This document shows, in pieces, positions 27,963 through 37,697 of a DNA stretch of 64,000 nt; the first letter of the stretch is position 1, and every line of letters starts with the position of its first letter. The stretch comes from Desulfobacteraceae bacterium (GTDB lineage: Bacteria > Desulfobacterota > Desulfobacteria > Desulfobacterales > Desulfobacteraceae). The notes beneath the pieces are model-generated. The model had not been told where the DNA came from and did not search any database. It saw only the letters and a program-made list of their open reading frames with translations. The stretch lies in assembly GCA_033851995.1 (NCBI GenBank), contig JAWSVI010000003.1, positions 52,794-116,793 of the forward strand, read 5' to 3'. A program made the position numbers and the translations under genes.

Positions 27963-28470
27963 CCCAGTCCGGGACTCTGAAACCTTCCAGTTTATCACGA
28001 GGCTTAATCACAGGTTTTATATCGATAACAGGGGTGTTGTTAAAAGCTTCAAGCCCTTTTACATGCAGGAGGCAGCCGTCTCTTTTAACCAGTTCAACTG
28101 TGGTAATCAAGATCGGATTGGGTCTTGCCGGGCTGCGGGTGGCAAATATTCCCTGCCAGGGCAAATCTTTCCAACCTCTTGGGTGTACTTTTTTCTTTTT
28201 CCGCTGCGCTTTATCCAGAAGATGGGGCCAAAAAAGAACAACGATATGAGAAAAAGACGATATCCCGTCGAGCAATGCTTCATATTCAGGACGAATCCTT
28301 ATGATACTAAGCGTTTCACGGATTTGGTGCTGATAGTCTTTGAGCGCTTTTTCACGCCGGGCCGGATCAACTGATTTTATTGAATCAAGATTTCGTTCGG
28401 TAATTTTATTTTTCACATATCCAACTTGCTGTATTGAAAAAATTTCTATATCAGAAGTTTCGTTTTCCAT
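27931..28470 (-). CDS. tsaA: TrmO/TsaA-like SAM-binding protein
   Basis: GISSFSHIVVLFW, VHPRG, GIFATRSPARPNPI, TPVIDIKP. Confidence 0.85.
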   Translation of the reverse strand: MENETSDIEIFSIQQVGYVKNKITERNLDSIKSVDPARREKALKDYQHQIRETLSIIRIRPEYEALLDGISSFSHIVVLFWPHLLDKAQRKKKKVHPRGWKDLPWQGIFATRSPARPNPILITTVELVKRDGCLLHVKGLEAFNNTPVIDIKPVIKPRDKLEGFRVPDWVRQVTHQVQP

Positions 28471-28488
28471 GATTTTTTCCTCTATTAA

Positions 28489-29259
28489 TCAAGCAACTTT
28501 TTCATTGGTAATTGGAACAATGATGGGATATCCATTGTGAAAGACTATCTCAACCGGCATCCCGTATACCGATGCAACCATTTCAGAACTAATTTCCCTT
28601 ATTTTTCCTGCACTGAATATGGTCTGATCTTTTAAAAAAATATAGTGATCCGCATATCTCAATGCTGCATTCAGATCATGCATGGTCATGACTGCCGCAA
28701 GACGATGGCTCTTTACAATTTTTTTCAGTAATTCCAGAATTTGGACCTGATTTTTCAAATCCAGACTGCTGGTCGGCTCATCCAGCAAAAGCAGGTCGGT
28801 TTCCTGAACAAGCGCTCTTGCAATGGATACTTTCTGGAGTTCTCCACCACTTAACTGGTCCAGATATTTCAATCCCATTCTGGACAAATTTAATTGACGC
28901 ATAACCGCATCAGCCTTCTTAAGGTCTCCAGTACGAGTCCTGTAACGCATATGGGGCAGACGCCCCATCAGGACCGCATCAAAGACAGTCATTCTTGCAG
29001 CATCGTTTTTCTGTGCAACATAGCTGATCTGCTTTGCAATTTCCTTGACAGTCATTTTTTTTATGGCTTTGTTTTTAACAAAAACTTCGCCTTTTTGAGG
29101 GCTAAGAATATTATTCAAGCATTTAAGAAGGGTGGTTTTCCCTGCTCCGTTCGGGCCAAGAATAACGGTAATGCCTCCTTTTTCAACTGAAAAGTTAATT
29201 TGCTTCAATGTTTCCAGACTATTATATTGAAATGTAAGGTCTTTGACTTTTAAAATCAT
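28489..29259 (-). CDS. Metal-chelate ABC transporter ATP-binding protein (FecE/BtuD family)
   Basis: GPNGAGKT, LSGGELQ, LLLDEPTSSLD, HDLN. Confidence 0.92.
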   Translation of the reverse strand: MILKVKDLTFQYNSLETLKQINFSVEKGGITVILGPNGAGKTTLLKCLNNILSPQKGEVFVKNKAIKKMTVKEIAKQISYVAQKNDAARMTVFDAVLMGRLPHMRYRTRTGDLKKADAVMRQLNLSRMGLKYLDQLSGGELQKVSIARALVQETDLLLLDEPTSSLDLKNQVQILELLKKIVKSHRLAAVMTMHDLNAALRYADHYIFLKDQTIFSAGKIREISSEMVASVYGMPVEIVFHNGYPIIVPITNEKVA

Positions 29260-30326
29260 TTTTTATTTCCTTTGATAATCAGATAGATAAAAACCGGGGC
29301 CCCAAGAAAAGACGTAAAAATTGAAACAGGTAGCACATGCGGAAGAAGTACCAGCCGTGCAACTATATCTGATCCTAATAGAATCAGGGCACCGGAAAAC
29401 ATGACTGCAGGAATGAGAAAGCGATGATCATCCCCAATAATTCGCCGGACAATATGTGGTGCCACAAGCCCCACAAAACTGATAATTCCTACAAAAGATA
29501 TGATCAATGCAGTTGCCAGGGAGGATGCCATCATTCCTGCCAGTCTTACCGTTTCCACCTTGACTCCCAGTCCCTTTGCAGTCTCATCCCCCAAACCCAT
29601 GGCATTATAGGATTGAGTACTGGCCAGGAAAAATACAAGAATCAATAAAGTTACCGAGACTAAAATCCATAAATCCTTCCAGTCAACCCTTGCAAGATCA
29701 CCAAATGTCCAGAAAACCATTGCAGCCAGTTGTACATCATCTGCAAAAAACTGCAGCAGCATGGTGCCGGCAATATACAGTGATCCTAAAGCAACACCGG
29801 TCAGCACCATTACCTGGGGAGACGCTCCCTGGTTTTTGGAGATATAAATAATAAGAGCTGCGGTGAGCATGGAAAAGAAAAAAGAACACAGAATGGTTAA
29901 AATAGGATTTGAGATTCCAAGTGCCTCAGAAGGAACACTTGTCATTATGCCACTGCCAAGTATCATGACGGATAGGGCCGCCCCAAATGCGGCGGCATGA
30001 GAGATACCGAGAGTAAAAGGAGAAGCCAGTGGATTTTTTAACACTGATTGCATTACCGCCCCTGAACAGGCCAGCCCCATTCCGGCTACAACCGCAGCAA
30101 GTGTCTGGGGAAGCCGGATGTTCCAGATAATTAATTGTGCCTGTGGAGAGCCGGAGCCTGTCAACAGGACTTTAATAACTTCTAATATTTTTATTTTAAC
30201 TGACCCCAGACTAATACTGACAACAATAAGAATCATCAGTAAAATAAAAACACCTAAGATAAACAGTGCTTTTTTTCGGAGATAGCCTGAATATTCTTTG
30301 GGAATACTACCATCGTGAAAATGCAT
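29256..30326 (-). CDS. Metal-chelate ABC transporter permease (FecCD family)
   Basis: IRLPQ, NPLASPFTLGIS, LGDETAKGLGV, GIISFVGLVAPH. Confidence 0.92.
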   Translation of the reverse strand: MHFHDGSIPKEYSGYLRKKALFILGVFILLMILIVVSISLGSVKIKILEVIKVLLTGSGSPQAQLIIWNIRLPQTLAAVVAGMGLACSGAVMQSVLKNPLASPFTLGISHAAAFGAALSVMILGSGIMTSVPSEALGISNPILTILCSFFFSMLTAALIIYISKNQGASPQVMVLTGVALGSLYIAGTMLLQFFADDVQLAAMVFWTFGDLARVDWKDLWILVSVTLLILVFFLASTQSYNAMGLGDETAKGLGVKVETVRLAGMMASSLATALIISFVGIISFVGLVAPHIVRRIIGDDHRFLIPAVMFSGALILLGSDIVARLVLLPHVLPVSIFTSFLGAPVFIYLIIKGNKK

Positions 30327-30335
30327 GTTTTATCC

Positions 30336-31451
30336 TTATTGGCTGAGCGGGACAGGCCTGAAAACCATATTTTTGAAAAGCAAATTCATCTCTTTATACA
30401 CAGGCTTTGATACCAGGAATTGATAAATTTGATCTGCCTTTTCAACAGGGTTAATATCTTCAAACTGGTCAGGATAAAGTACTTTTCCAATATACCAGGC
30501 ATCTGCAAGAATGGATCCAAAGTTTTGTGTATACCAGTTATATGGAAGAACCCCGTAAACCTGCCCTGCCTTAACTGCACTCAGGGCCTGGTAAACAGGA
30601 TCAACTCTCAATTCGTGAAGCCCGCCATGGTCATCCCCCGTTTGGAGCGTTGAAAGATCGAGAAAGAGAATATCCGGGTCTGCCTGCAAAATTTTTTCTT
30701 TTGAAAAATTGCTGTGGCGAAGATTCTTTTGAGAAACCTTACCAACGGCAGCAATATTTTTTGCATGAATAAATTGAAAGGGCGGATAGGACGGCTCGGT
30801 CGACTGAAACCCATGAGGCCCTTTAAAGGCAATACCACCGATAAAACAACTTTTTTTATCACCAACATCTTTTGTCCTTGATTCAAGGCTGTTTATTTCA
30901 CGGGTAAAAAAATCAATCAGCGCTTTCGCCCTGTCCTCTTTGTTTAATACCTGCCCGATAAGTGTTAACGCCTGAAAAAACTTTTGTCTCCCCATCCAGA
31001 GATCGCCATATTCAAGTACGATAACCGGGATGCCTGTCTTTTGCTGTAGTTCAACAGGGTCATACCCCATTGTTGCAGAAGTTTTAAAAATCACCTGGGG
31101 CTGTTTCTCAAGACCCAGAATTTTTTCAGGATCATCGTAGCCTCTGAATCCGCCAAAAACAGGAAGATTTCTATACTGAGGATATGCAAGGGAATACGGT
31201 CTGGCATCAAATTTTCTCTTCCGGACTTCAATATCATCTACAGCCACAACCAGGTCCTGAGCCTGAAAATAAGAGATGAGCCGAAGACAACCGGAGCCGG
31301 AACAGATTATCCTTTTGATTTTTTCAGGCACAGGGACATTCCTGTTGGAAGCATCAATAATTTTGCGTAAAGCCATGGCATCACAAGGCAGGATAAGGCA
31401 GACAGCGACAATAACCAATAGTAAAGCTGTCTGGTGCATATGATTTTTCAT
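30336..31451 (-). CDS. Metal-chelate ABC transporter periplasmic binding protein
   Basis: Signal peptide, DASNRNVPVP..IKRII, helical-backbone SBP pattern; ATG 31451 after GGAGAAAGG. Confidence 0.88.
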   Translation of the reverse strand: MKNHMHQTALLLVIVAVCLILPCDAMALRKIIDASNRNVPVPEKIKRIICSGSGCLRLISYFQAQDLVVAVDDIEVRKRKFDARPYSLAYPQYRNLPVFGGFRGYDDPEKILGLEKQPQVIFKTSATMGYDPVELQQKTGIPVIVLEYGDLWMGRQKFFQALTLIGQVLNKEDRAKALIDFFTREINSLESRTKDVGDKKSCFIGGIAFKGPHGFQSTEPSYPPFQFIHAKNIAAVGKVSQKNLRHSNFSKEKILQADPDILFLDLSTLQTGDDHGGLHELRVDPVYQALSAVKAGQVYGVLPYNWYTQNFGSILADAWYIGKVLYPDQFEDINPVEKADQIYQFLVSKPVYKEMNLLFKNMVFRPVPLSQ

Positions 31452-31465
31452 ACCTTTCTCCAAAA

Positions 31466-31523
31466 ACAAAAAAACCACGGAAGAATAACTCCAAAAAATT
31501 TGGAATTATAAGCCTCCGTGGCT
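31466..31523 (-). terminator. Long hairpin plus U-tract in the leader of the second ABC operon
   Basis: Minus strand: CCACGGA...TTCCAAA-TTT-TTTGGAG...TTCCGTGG then TTTTTTTG. Confidence 0.7.
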
Positions 31524-31648
31524 TAGATTCATAATTTATTTATTTTTAATTCACTTTTAACTTTTGCCTTCTGGCAAAATTATGATTAAGATTTAGTCCA
31601 AAATGCTTTTTCTGTCAAGGGTGTCACACGATAAAAATCCTATTGGGA

Positions 31649-32431
31649 TTAATTCTGCACCGGAATCACATCCAGGGCATCTGCAATATGATCACAGAAG
31701 ATTTTTGTTATGGCATTGATTTCACCAATGCCGTGATCAATTACCGAAACCTGGATATCATTTCGCTCAAAGGTTTTCTGCCAGGAATCATCTTCATTGG
31801 TCAAATCCTCTTTAAAGTGAACCCCAGCCACCAGCATCAAAGGGACAAGGCAAGCCCTTTTATATCCAGCCCTTTGAATTCGCTCGAGGGTGTAGTAGAG
31901 CCCAGGAAAATCTTCCACCACACCTACAAATATGCGGTTTCCATATTGTTTTCTCATGACCGCTTCCAGAGCCGGATATGCTGTCCATGCCGGATGGTCC
32001 GTACCGTGACCCACGAGGACGACAGCTTCATCCGGATAGTTGGGGAAAAGGGAAGTAAGGGCTTGTGCTGTTTGTTCGTAATCCAAATGGGAAGTTAAAA
32101 GGGGCAGGCCAATGGAAGAACGGATATTCACATGATCCCGTTCAGCCACAAGCCGGTCAAATTCATGGCCACAAATCAGGTGCAGCGATTGCATTGCCAC
32201 CCAAGGATAGCCTTGATCCACCAAGATTTGAGCCATTTCCAGCGGATCTTTCAAGTTCAGCTTTTTCTTCTTTTTAACGGCATGCTTGACCATCCTGGAA
32301 GAATAGGTCCAGTGTATTGGATTCACAGGAAAAACTGCCTTGAAAATACGATCCATTTTTTCATAGGTCGAAAATGCTTTGGCGGTTGTACCAAATGCGG
32401 TCAAGATGATGGGTATGTCTTTTTTATCCAT
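31649..32431 (-). CDS. cbiK: Sirohydrochlorin cobaltochelatase, cytoplasmic
   Basis: IILTAFGTT, QSLHLICGHEF, VGHGTDHP, VAGVHFKED; no signal peptide. Confidence 0.9.
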   Translation of the reverse strand: MDKKDIPIILTAFGTTAKAFSTYEKMDRIFKAVFPVNPIHWTYSSRMVKHAVKKKKKLNLKDPLEMAQILVDQGYPWVAMQSLHLICGHEFDRLVAERDHVNIRSSIGLPLLTSHLDYEQTAQALTSLFPNYPDEAVVLVGHGTDHPAWTAYPALEAVMRKQYGNRIFVGVVEDFPGLYYTLERIQRAGYKRACLVPLMLVAGVHFKEDLTNEDDSWQKTFERNDIQVSVIDHGIGEINAITKIFCDHIADALDVIPVQN

Positions 32432-32487
32432 TTTTTATTCCTTGTAGAAATGAAATATTTTCATGGTTTGAATCCGGATCATTGCAG

Positions 32488-33684
32488 CTATGGCCTATTT
32501 TTTTTATTTTTTAAAAGCCTGGCTTTCATTAAAAGCAAATCCGAATCAAATTCCTTTTGACCACAGCGCGTAAGTCCTCTATCAATCCATTTTATTGCAT
32601 TCTCCGGATCATGGGCCATGGCAAGCGCCTGGGCCAATTTTTTAAATTTTCCAGAGCTATGATTTTTGGTATCCTGATCCTGTTCCAGGATATGCTGATA
32701 CAAATCCGCCGCTTTTTGAGGTACATCCAGAGAAAGATAAAGATCCGCAGCTAAAGAGAATTCTTCAAGTGTCATCGGGGATAAAAAACCGTAGATGATA
32801 AGAGCGGACAGACCTTTTTCCTGATTGCCGTTCTTTAAATGGATATGCGACAGCACTTTCCACCATTTGGACTCTAAAGGATCTGTCCGGGTGAGTTCAT
32901 TGGCAAAGGAGAGTGCCTTTTTATCCATGCATAGGTTCAAATACTGGTGGAGCAGAATTTCCTGCCATTTCTTACGTTTTGGATACGGGTTCTTGGAGGC
33001 CAGTTCTTGAATATGGGGCAAGGCTTCCTGGTAGCGTTCCAAAGAAAAGAGGATATTCACGAAGATCTCTTTCCATGAAAGGAGCACTTTGCCTGGATAT
33101 TTCTGCAAAAGAGCATTAAACAGGAAAAGGGCTTTTTCACTGTTCTGGGACTGAAAATGACAGACTGCAGAATAATACAGATGGATCGCTTTTTTCTGAT
33201 CTGAATGCTCATACGCGTTCTCAAATGCAAGTGCAGCCTCTTTAAAATTTTCCATTTCATAATAGCATTTGGCAAGGTTAAGCCAGGCCGCACAGAATAA
33301 CGGGTTCTTTTTTATCACAATCCTGTAGCATTGAACGGCCTTGTAACGGAGGTCAGGCTTTTTAACATCGGATTCATCGTTTTCAGTGCTGATATCCTGA
33401 AACAGCGTTGAAAGGTAATTGCCCAGAAGGAAATGAAGATAATAGTGTACCCCACCCGGATGCTTATCATGCTTTGGACGGTTGATGAATTCACTCAGGG
33501 TATCAATAGCTTCCTGTACCCGTCCGTCTGAAAACAACATTTGGGCTTTTGTCACACAGAACCCTTCAGCCAGGGACAATTTCTTCTGCGTTGTCTGCTT
33601 TGCCTGGGCCATGGGTAAAGAAGACAGGTCTGTGACACAAAAAATAATCAAAACAATCTGGAGAACTCTGCTCATAAACCTCAA
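32488..33684 (-). CDS. Exported tetratricopeptide-repeat protein (TtpD-like, TonB operon)
   Basis: Signal peptide, repeated TPR-like helices (AWLNLAKCYY, ALPHIQELA). Confidence 0.8.
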   Translation of the reverse strand: MRFMSRVLQIVLIIFCVTDLSSLPMAQAKQTTQKKLSLAEGFCVTKAQMLFSDGRVQEAIDTLSEFINRPKHDKHPGGVHYYLHFLLGNYLSTLFQDISTENDESDVKKPDLRYKAVQCYRIVIKKNPLFCAAWLNLAKCYYEMENFKEAALAFENAYEHSDQKKAIHLYYSAVCHFQSQNSEKALFLFNALLQKYPGKVLLSWKEIFVNILFSLERYQEALPHIQELASKNPYPKRKKWQEILLHQYLNLCMDKKALSFANELTRTDPLESKWWKVLSHIHLKNGNQEKGLSALIIYGFLSPMTLEEFSLAADLYLSLDVPQKAADLYQHILEQDQDTKNHSSGKFKKLAQALAMAHDPENAIKWIDRGLTRCGQKEFDSDLLLMKARLLKNKKNRP

Positions 33685-33688
33685 GGAA

Positions 33689-34396
33689 TCATTCCTCCAA
33701 ATTGAAATAGATGGTTGTCCCTGCCCTGGTAGCCACAGGGATGCCCTCTACAGTTGGGGGCTTGAACTTCCAGTGGGAAACACAGTTTATTACCGATTGA
33801 TTAAACATATTTTCAGGTTCTGCTTCTACAACCTCAATATCCTGTACCCTCCCCTGATGAGTAACCAGAAATGATACTGAAACAAAACCTTCAATCCCTC
33901 TTCTCCTGGCCCGGGAAGGATAGAGAGGAGGGATCTTTACAAGAGGCATCAAGGCCGTATCGAGTTCTGCTAAACCATAGACCCCTTTGAGTATAGGTAC
34001 ATCCATGGAAAATTGTTCAAACTGCGGCATAACAAGATCCATAGGGACTGCCGGCAGTTTCGGGTTAAGTTCAAATTTAAGTTGCGGCTTAATGTTAATT
34101 TTTTTTTGAACCACCCGGGCGGGCCTTGCCTGTTGTATCTTTTTTACTGGTTTGGGTTTGACGATCTTTGAGGGCTCTTTTTTATGCAAGGGGGTTTCAT
34201 CCCTCTTTATCCGAATGACATTAACATGCCTCAGCTCCTCAAGTCTGTCCGGAGTGGATGGTATTTTCTGAATCAATCCCGGCATCAGACCGAACAAGGT
34301 AAGGTTCAGCGCAATTGACCCGGCAACAGCGAATACCCATTTACGGATATGGCTGTTTTTTGCAGAATGTATAACGCCTGTAACCATTTTGTCCAT
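33689..34396 (-). CDS. tonB: Energy transducer TonB
   Basis: N-terminal TM, Pro/Lys-rich linker, YPSRARRRGIEGFV and WKFKP C-terminal domain. Confidence 0.92.
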   Translation of the reverse strand: MDKMVTGVIHSAKNSHIRKWVFAVAGSIALNLTLFGLMPGLIQKIPSTPDRLEELRHVNVIRIKRDETPLHKKEPSKIVKPKPVKKIQQARPARVVQKKINIKPQLKFELNPKLPAVPMDLVMPQFEQFSMDVPILKGVYGLAELDTALMPLVKIPPLYPSRARRRGIEGFVSVSFLVTHQGRVQDIEVVEAEPENMFNQSVINCVSHWKFKPPTVEGIPVATRAGTTIYFNLEE

Positions 34397-34816
34397 TTAG
34401 CTGCCATTCTCCCTGTTAGCGGCAATGGAAACATTTTGAGCACCAGCCAGTTTGCAGGCATCCATGACATTTATAACAAGGCCGGTCAGACTTTCTTTAT
34501 CTGCAACAACGACAACGCCGCCGTCGGGATTTTCCGCCAGTGCCCTTTCCACATTTGCACGGACTGCACGGATATCCACTTCCCGGTGATCGATATGAAT
34601 GGTATTGTCTTTTGTAACACCGATCAGGATGGTGGTTTTTGTTTTGCTGACTGCGCTTGATGAGGTGGGCCTTGAAATATCCACACCCGTCTCTTTCAAA
34701 AAACTTGTGGTAACAAGAAAGAAGATCAGGAGAATAAAAACCATATCGATCAGGGGAGCAATATTGAGCTCAAGAGTTTTTGTATTTGCACGCCTGGCAG
34801 CGCTGATATTAAGCAT
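34397..34816 (-). CDS. exbD: Biopolymer transporter ExbD
   Basis: LNIAPLIDMVFILLIFFLVTTSF. Confidence 0.93.
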   Translation of the reverse strand: MLNISAARRANTKTLELNIAPLIDMVFILLIFFLVTTSFLKETGVDISRPTSSSAVSKTKTTILIGVTKDNTIHIDHREVDIRAVRANVERALAENPDGGVVVVADKESLTGLVINVMDACKLAGAQNVSIAANRENGS

Positions 34817-34829
34817 AATTAATTTCTCA

Positions 34830-35429
34830 CTATAAAAATCGTTTCAAATAGATACCCGTAGCAGCGATCCGGTATTTCACGTTATGGGCTCGTTTGGATA
34901 AAAATCCGCTCATATAAAGACCGGGAATAGAGACCATCAGACCTGTCTGGGTGGTGATCAGGGCCACGGAAATCCCGCCCGCCATAGCTTTGGCATTTCC
35001 AGTGCCGAATATCGTAATCACATCAAATGTCCCCATCATTCCGGTAACGGTACCTAAAAGCCCCAGAAGAGGAGCAACACCGGCCAGGATACGAATAATT
35101 GCCAAATGGCTGTCCAGTTTAGAGATTAGACGGACCACGGTTTCATCCAGAATAAAATCATCCAGCTCAGGATCATTGCTCCGGGCAGCCAAAAATTCTC
35201 GTACCAGAAGCGAGTTCGCACCCTGATATTTCTCAGCAGGTGCCTGATTTTTTTTAACCAGTTCACCTGCCATATCCCGTGAGATGTTCTTAATATAAAG
35301 CCTGCGCAAAAAGAACATCCGGTTAATGATCAGAACCCACATAAAAAATGAAACCGTGAGAATCGGGATCATTACGATGCCCCCGGATCTCATATATTTT
35401 TCTATGGAATATAGTACGTCTGTGATCAT
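34830..35429 (-). CDS. exbB: MotA/TolQ/ExbB proton channel protein
   Basis: APLLGLLGTVTGMM, GISVALITTQTGL. Confidence 0.9.
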   Translation of the reverse strand: MITDVLYSIEKYMRSGGIVMIPILTVSFFMWVLIINRMFFLRRLYIKNISRDMAGELVKKNQAPAEKYQGANSLLVREFLAARSNDPELDDFILDETVVRLISKLDSHLAIIRILAGVAPLLGLLGTVTGMMGTFDVITIFGTGNAKAMAGGISVALITTQTGLMVSIPGLYMSGFLSKRAHNVKYRIAATGIYLKRFL

Positions 35430-35439
35430 GGAAGTTTAC

Positions 35440-36873
35440 CTAATGTCTAACCGCCCAGGTTTTAAAAATCATATTCACAAAAGCGACTGACTTTTCTTCC
35501 ATTCTGGAAATCTGGGTTTCCACACGACGACTGAGCAGGGTATGGGCCAGCATGATGGGGATCGCCACAGACAAACCCAGCATGGTAGTGACAAGGGCTT
35601 CGGAAATACCACCGGACATCATCCTGGGGTCACCAGTCCCATAATAGGTAATCACATGAAACGTATTAATCATACCAGTTACAGTGCCCAGGAGACCCAG
35701 AAGCGGGGCTATTGCAGCCAGCATTCCCAAAGTAGATAAAAACCGTTCAATTGCCGGGATCTCTCCAAGGATAGCCTCCTGGAGCGCATTTTCTATTTCA
35801 GGCCGGGTCCGGTCTTTCAATGCTAAGGCTGTCAATAGTATTTTAGGAATCAGTTTTTCCTTTTTATTCTCAAGAAGCGTTTTGCATCCTTCCCAGTCAT
35901 CTGCAACAATTTTCACCCTCAACATGGTCATCAATTTCTCAGCATTAACGCGGCGTTTGGAAAAAAAGATAAACCGCTCGATCAGGATAAGGACGGCAAA
36001 TCCCAGAATAGCCAAAATCGGCCACACAATGGCACCTCCTTTGGGCACCTGTTTTGTCAGGCTGAGCTGGTGGGCCAATTGACGGATGGCACCGCCTTTG
36101 GAAATATCCATATAAACACTGTCCTGTTGCCCTTTTAGATATGCGGATATATTATCCTCGACTCTTGCCGATGGCAGCCGGGATAAAGCAAAGTAGCGCT
36201 GGCTGGTGTCTGAATACAACAAAAATCCAGTTTCATTGTCCAGGGTATAAATGCCGGTAAAATTACCCAGCAGCAGGAGTTGACCCATGCGCTCTTTTCC
36301 TTTCCGGTCCACCATGAGGCCTTTTGTAACGGTTACCTGCCCGGATGATCGGATTTCAGAAAAAAGGTGTTCAGCAAGTTTTCCAACATCATCCATAGTG
36401 GGAAATTTCTGTCCCAGGAGAATGGGCTCTAAAAACTCATGCTCCCCGGGTGTCAGCCCGGACTGAAGGTTTTGTTTGAGAATTGATTTCAAATCCTTGG
36501 CACTGGTTTGCATCACTCCCCGGAATTCCCGGTTTACGGCGGCAGTTTCCTCAAGGTCCTTCCGGAGCTGTTTCTCTTCTGTTTTCAGAGTATTTATCTC
36601 AACTGAAATACGTTTATTATCTGCTTTCAGGACTTTAACGGCAGACTTTAATTTGGCAATGGATTTTTGCAAACGGGTTTTATCTCTAACAACCTCCTGG
36701 TATTGGTCCTCTGCCTGTCTTTTTGCATCCTGGATCTCTGCTTGAGCTTTTTTTATCAGGTCCTGTTTTTTCTGCTCAACACGTTGATGTGCAACACGCA
36801 TGTCCTGGGCAGCGGCAGGACATGACAAAAAAAAGACACTGATGAAAAAAAACAGGTAGATATATGCCTTCAT
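35440..36873 (-). CDS. Long MotA/TolQ/ExbB protein with periplasmic coiled-coil N-terminus (TtpC-like)
   Basis: Signal peptide, coiled coil, C-terminal APLLGLLGTVTGMI and GISEALVTT. Confidence 0.85.
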   Translation of the reverse strand: MKAYIYLFFFISVFFLSCPAAAQDMRVAHQRVEQKKQDLIKKAQAEIQDAKRQAEDQYQEVVRDKTRLQKSIAKLKSAVKVLKADNKRISVEINTLKTEEKQLRKDLEETAAVNREFRGVMQTSAKDLKSILKQNLQSGLTPGEHEFLEPILLGQKFPTMDDVGKLAEHLFSEIRSSGQVTVTKGLMVDRKGKERMGQLLLLGNFTGIYTLDNETGFLLYSDTSQRYFALSRLPSARVEDNISAYLKGQQDSVYMDISKGGAIRQLAHQLSLTKQVPKGGAIVWPILAILGFAVLILIERFIFFSKRRVNAEKLMTMLRVKIVADDWEGCKTLLENKKEKLIPKILLTALALKDRTRPEIENALQEAILGEIPAIERFLSTLGMLAAIAPLLGLLGTVTGMINTFHVITYYGTGDPRMMSGGISEALVTTMLGLSVAIPIMLAHTLLSRRVETQISRMEEKSVAFVNMIFKTWAVRH

Positions 36874-37697
36874 AAAGCACCCCCCTGTGTTACAAGGCGA
36901 CCAAGAGGCAGGGGTAACAGCTCAACAGGTTTTCGCTTGCTTCCGATCTCAAAAGCAGACCGGATGGCCGGCAGATGTTTGTCCGGCAACGACTGCCATT
37001 TGTTTTCTCCCGGATTGAATACTCCGCAAATTGCCTGATCAAGAGATAAAAAGAAAAGAGATACCCGGCCCAGGCGGAAAATATTGCAAAGGGTTTCGTC
37101 CTGCCCGGTTGATTCAAGCTGGATCGTATCCTGATAAACTTCAATGGTCGAACCATACTCAGCCTCTATAAACAAAGCTTCCATAATTTTTCGAAATTTT
37201 TCCGCAATCGTGATTTCAGGGTCTTTCATGACTTTGGAAAGATTGACCAGCCGCATATTCCGTTCTTCTTTTAAAAAAGGAGGGTCGTTGGCTACAAGGG
37301 CTTCAAACTGTGTATAGATACCTGTTAAAAACGGAGACAGTTCCTCTTGAATACGAATTGATTCTTCTTTCTGCTGCCTCAGGTTCTGGATGAGAACCTT
37401 TTGGTTATCCTGCTGAGCGGCAAGCGTTTTGTTCTCTTTTTCAAGGAATTGCTTTTGCTGCAGGAGCATTTCATACTCGTTGACAAGCCTTGTTTTTTCT
37501 TGTTCCCAGCGGGTACGCTCCTCCTGGGACTTTTGTTGAATCCGGATAGCTGTTTCCACATATTGCTGTGCCTGTCTGCTGATATCCTTAGCTTTCGGGG
37601 ATGTCTGGCAGAAACCTGCACCTGGACAGCAAATCAGAAGGAACAAAACGATAATTGCCATAACGCAGATCTTCTTTATCAGGTGATGTGGTATCAT
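36870..37697 (-). CDS. DUF3450 family periplasmic protein
   Basis: PPFLKEER..RL, EKFRKIMEALFIEAEYG, RLGRVSLFF motifs; precedes the TtpC-like gene. Confidence 0.82.
   Translation of the reverse strand: MIPHHLIKKICVMAIIVLFLLICCPGAGFCQTSPKAKDISRQAQQYVETAIRIQQKSQEERTRWEQEKTRLVNEYEMLLQQKQFLEKENKTLAAQQDNQKVLIQNLRQQKEESIRIQEELSPFLTGIYTQFEALVANDPPFLKEERNMRLVNLSKVMKDPEITIAEKFRKIMEALFIEAEYGSTIEVYQDTIQLESTGQDETLCNIFRLGRVSLFFLSLDQAICGVFNPGENKWQSLPDKHLPAIRSAFEIGSKRKPVELLPLPLGRLVTQGGAL

Noticed and set aside
27937-28374. 145 aa plus-strand ORF after the activase
   Set aside because: Fully antisense to the TrmO-like gene, which has clear family motifs
31580-31598. Fur box upstream of the second ABC operon
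   Set aside because: Only about 11 of 19 matches to the consensus in very AT-rich DNA; not distinguishable from chance
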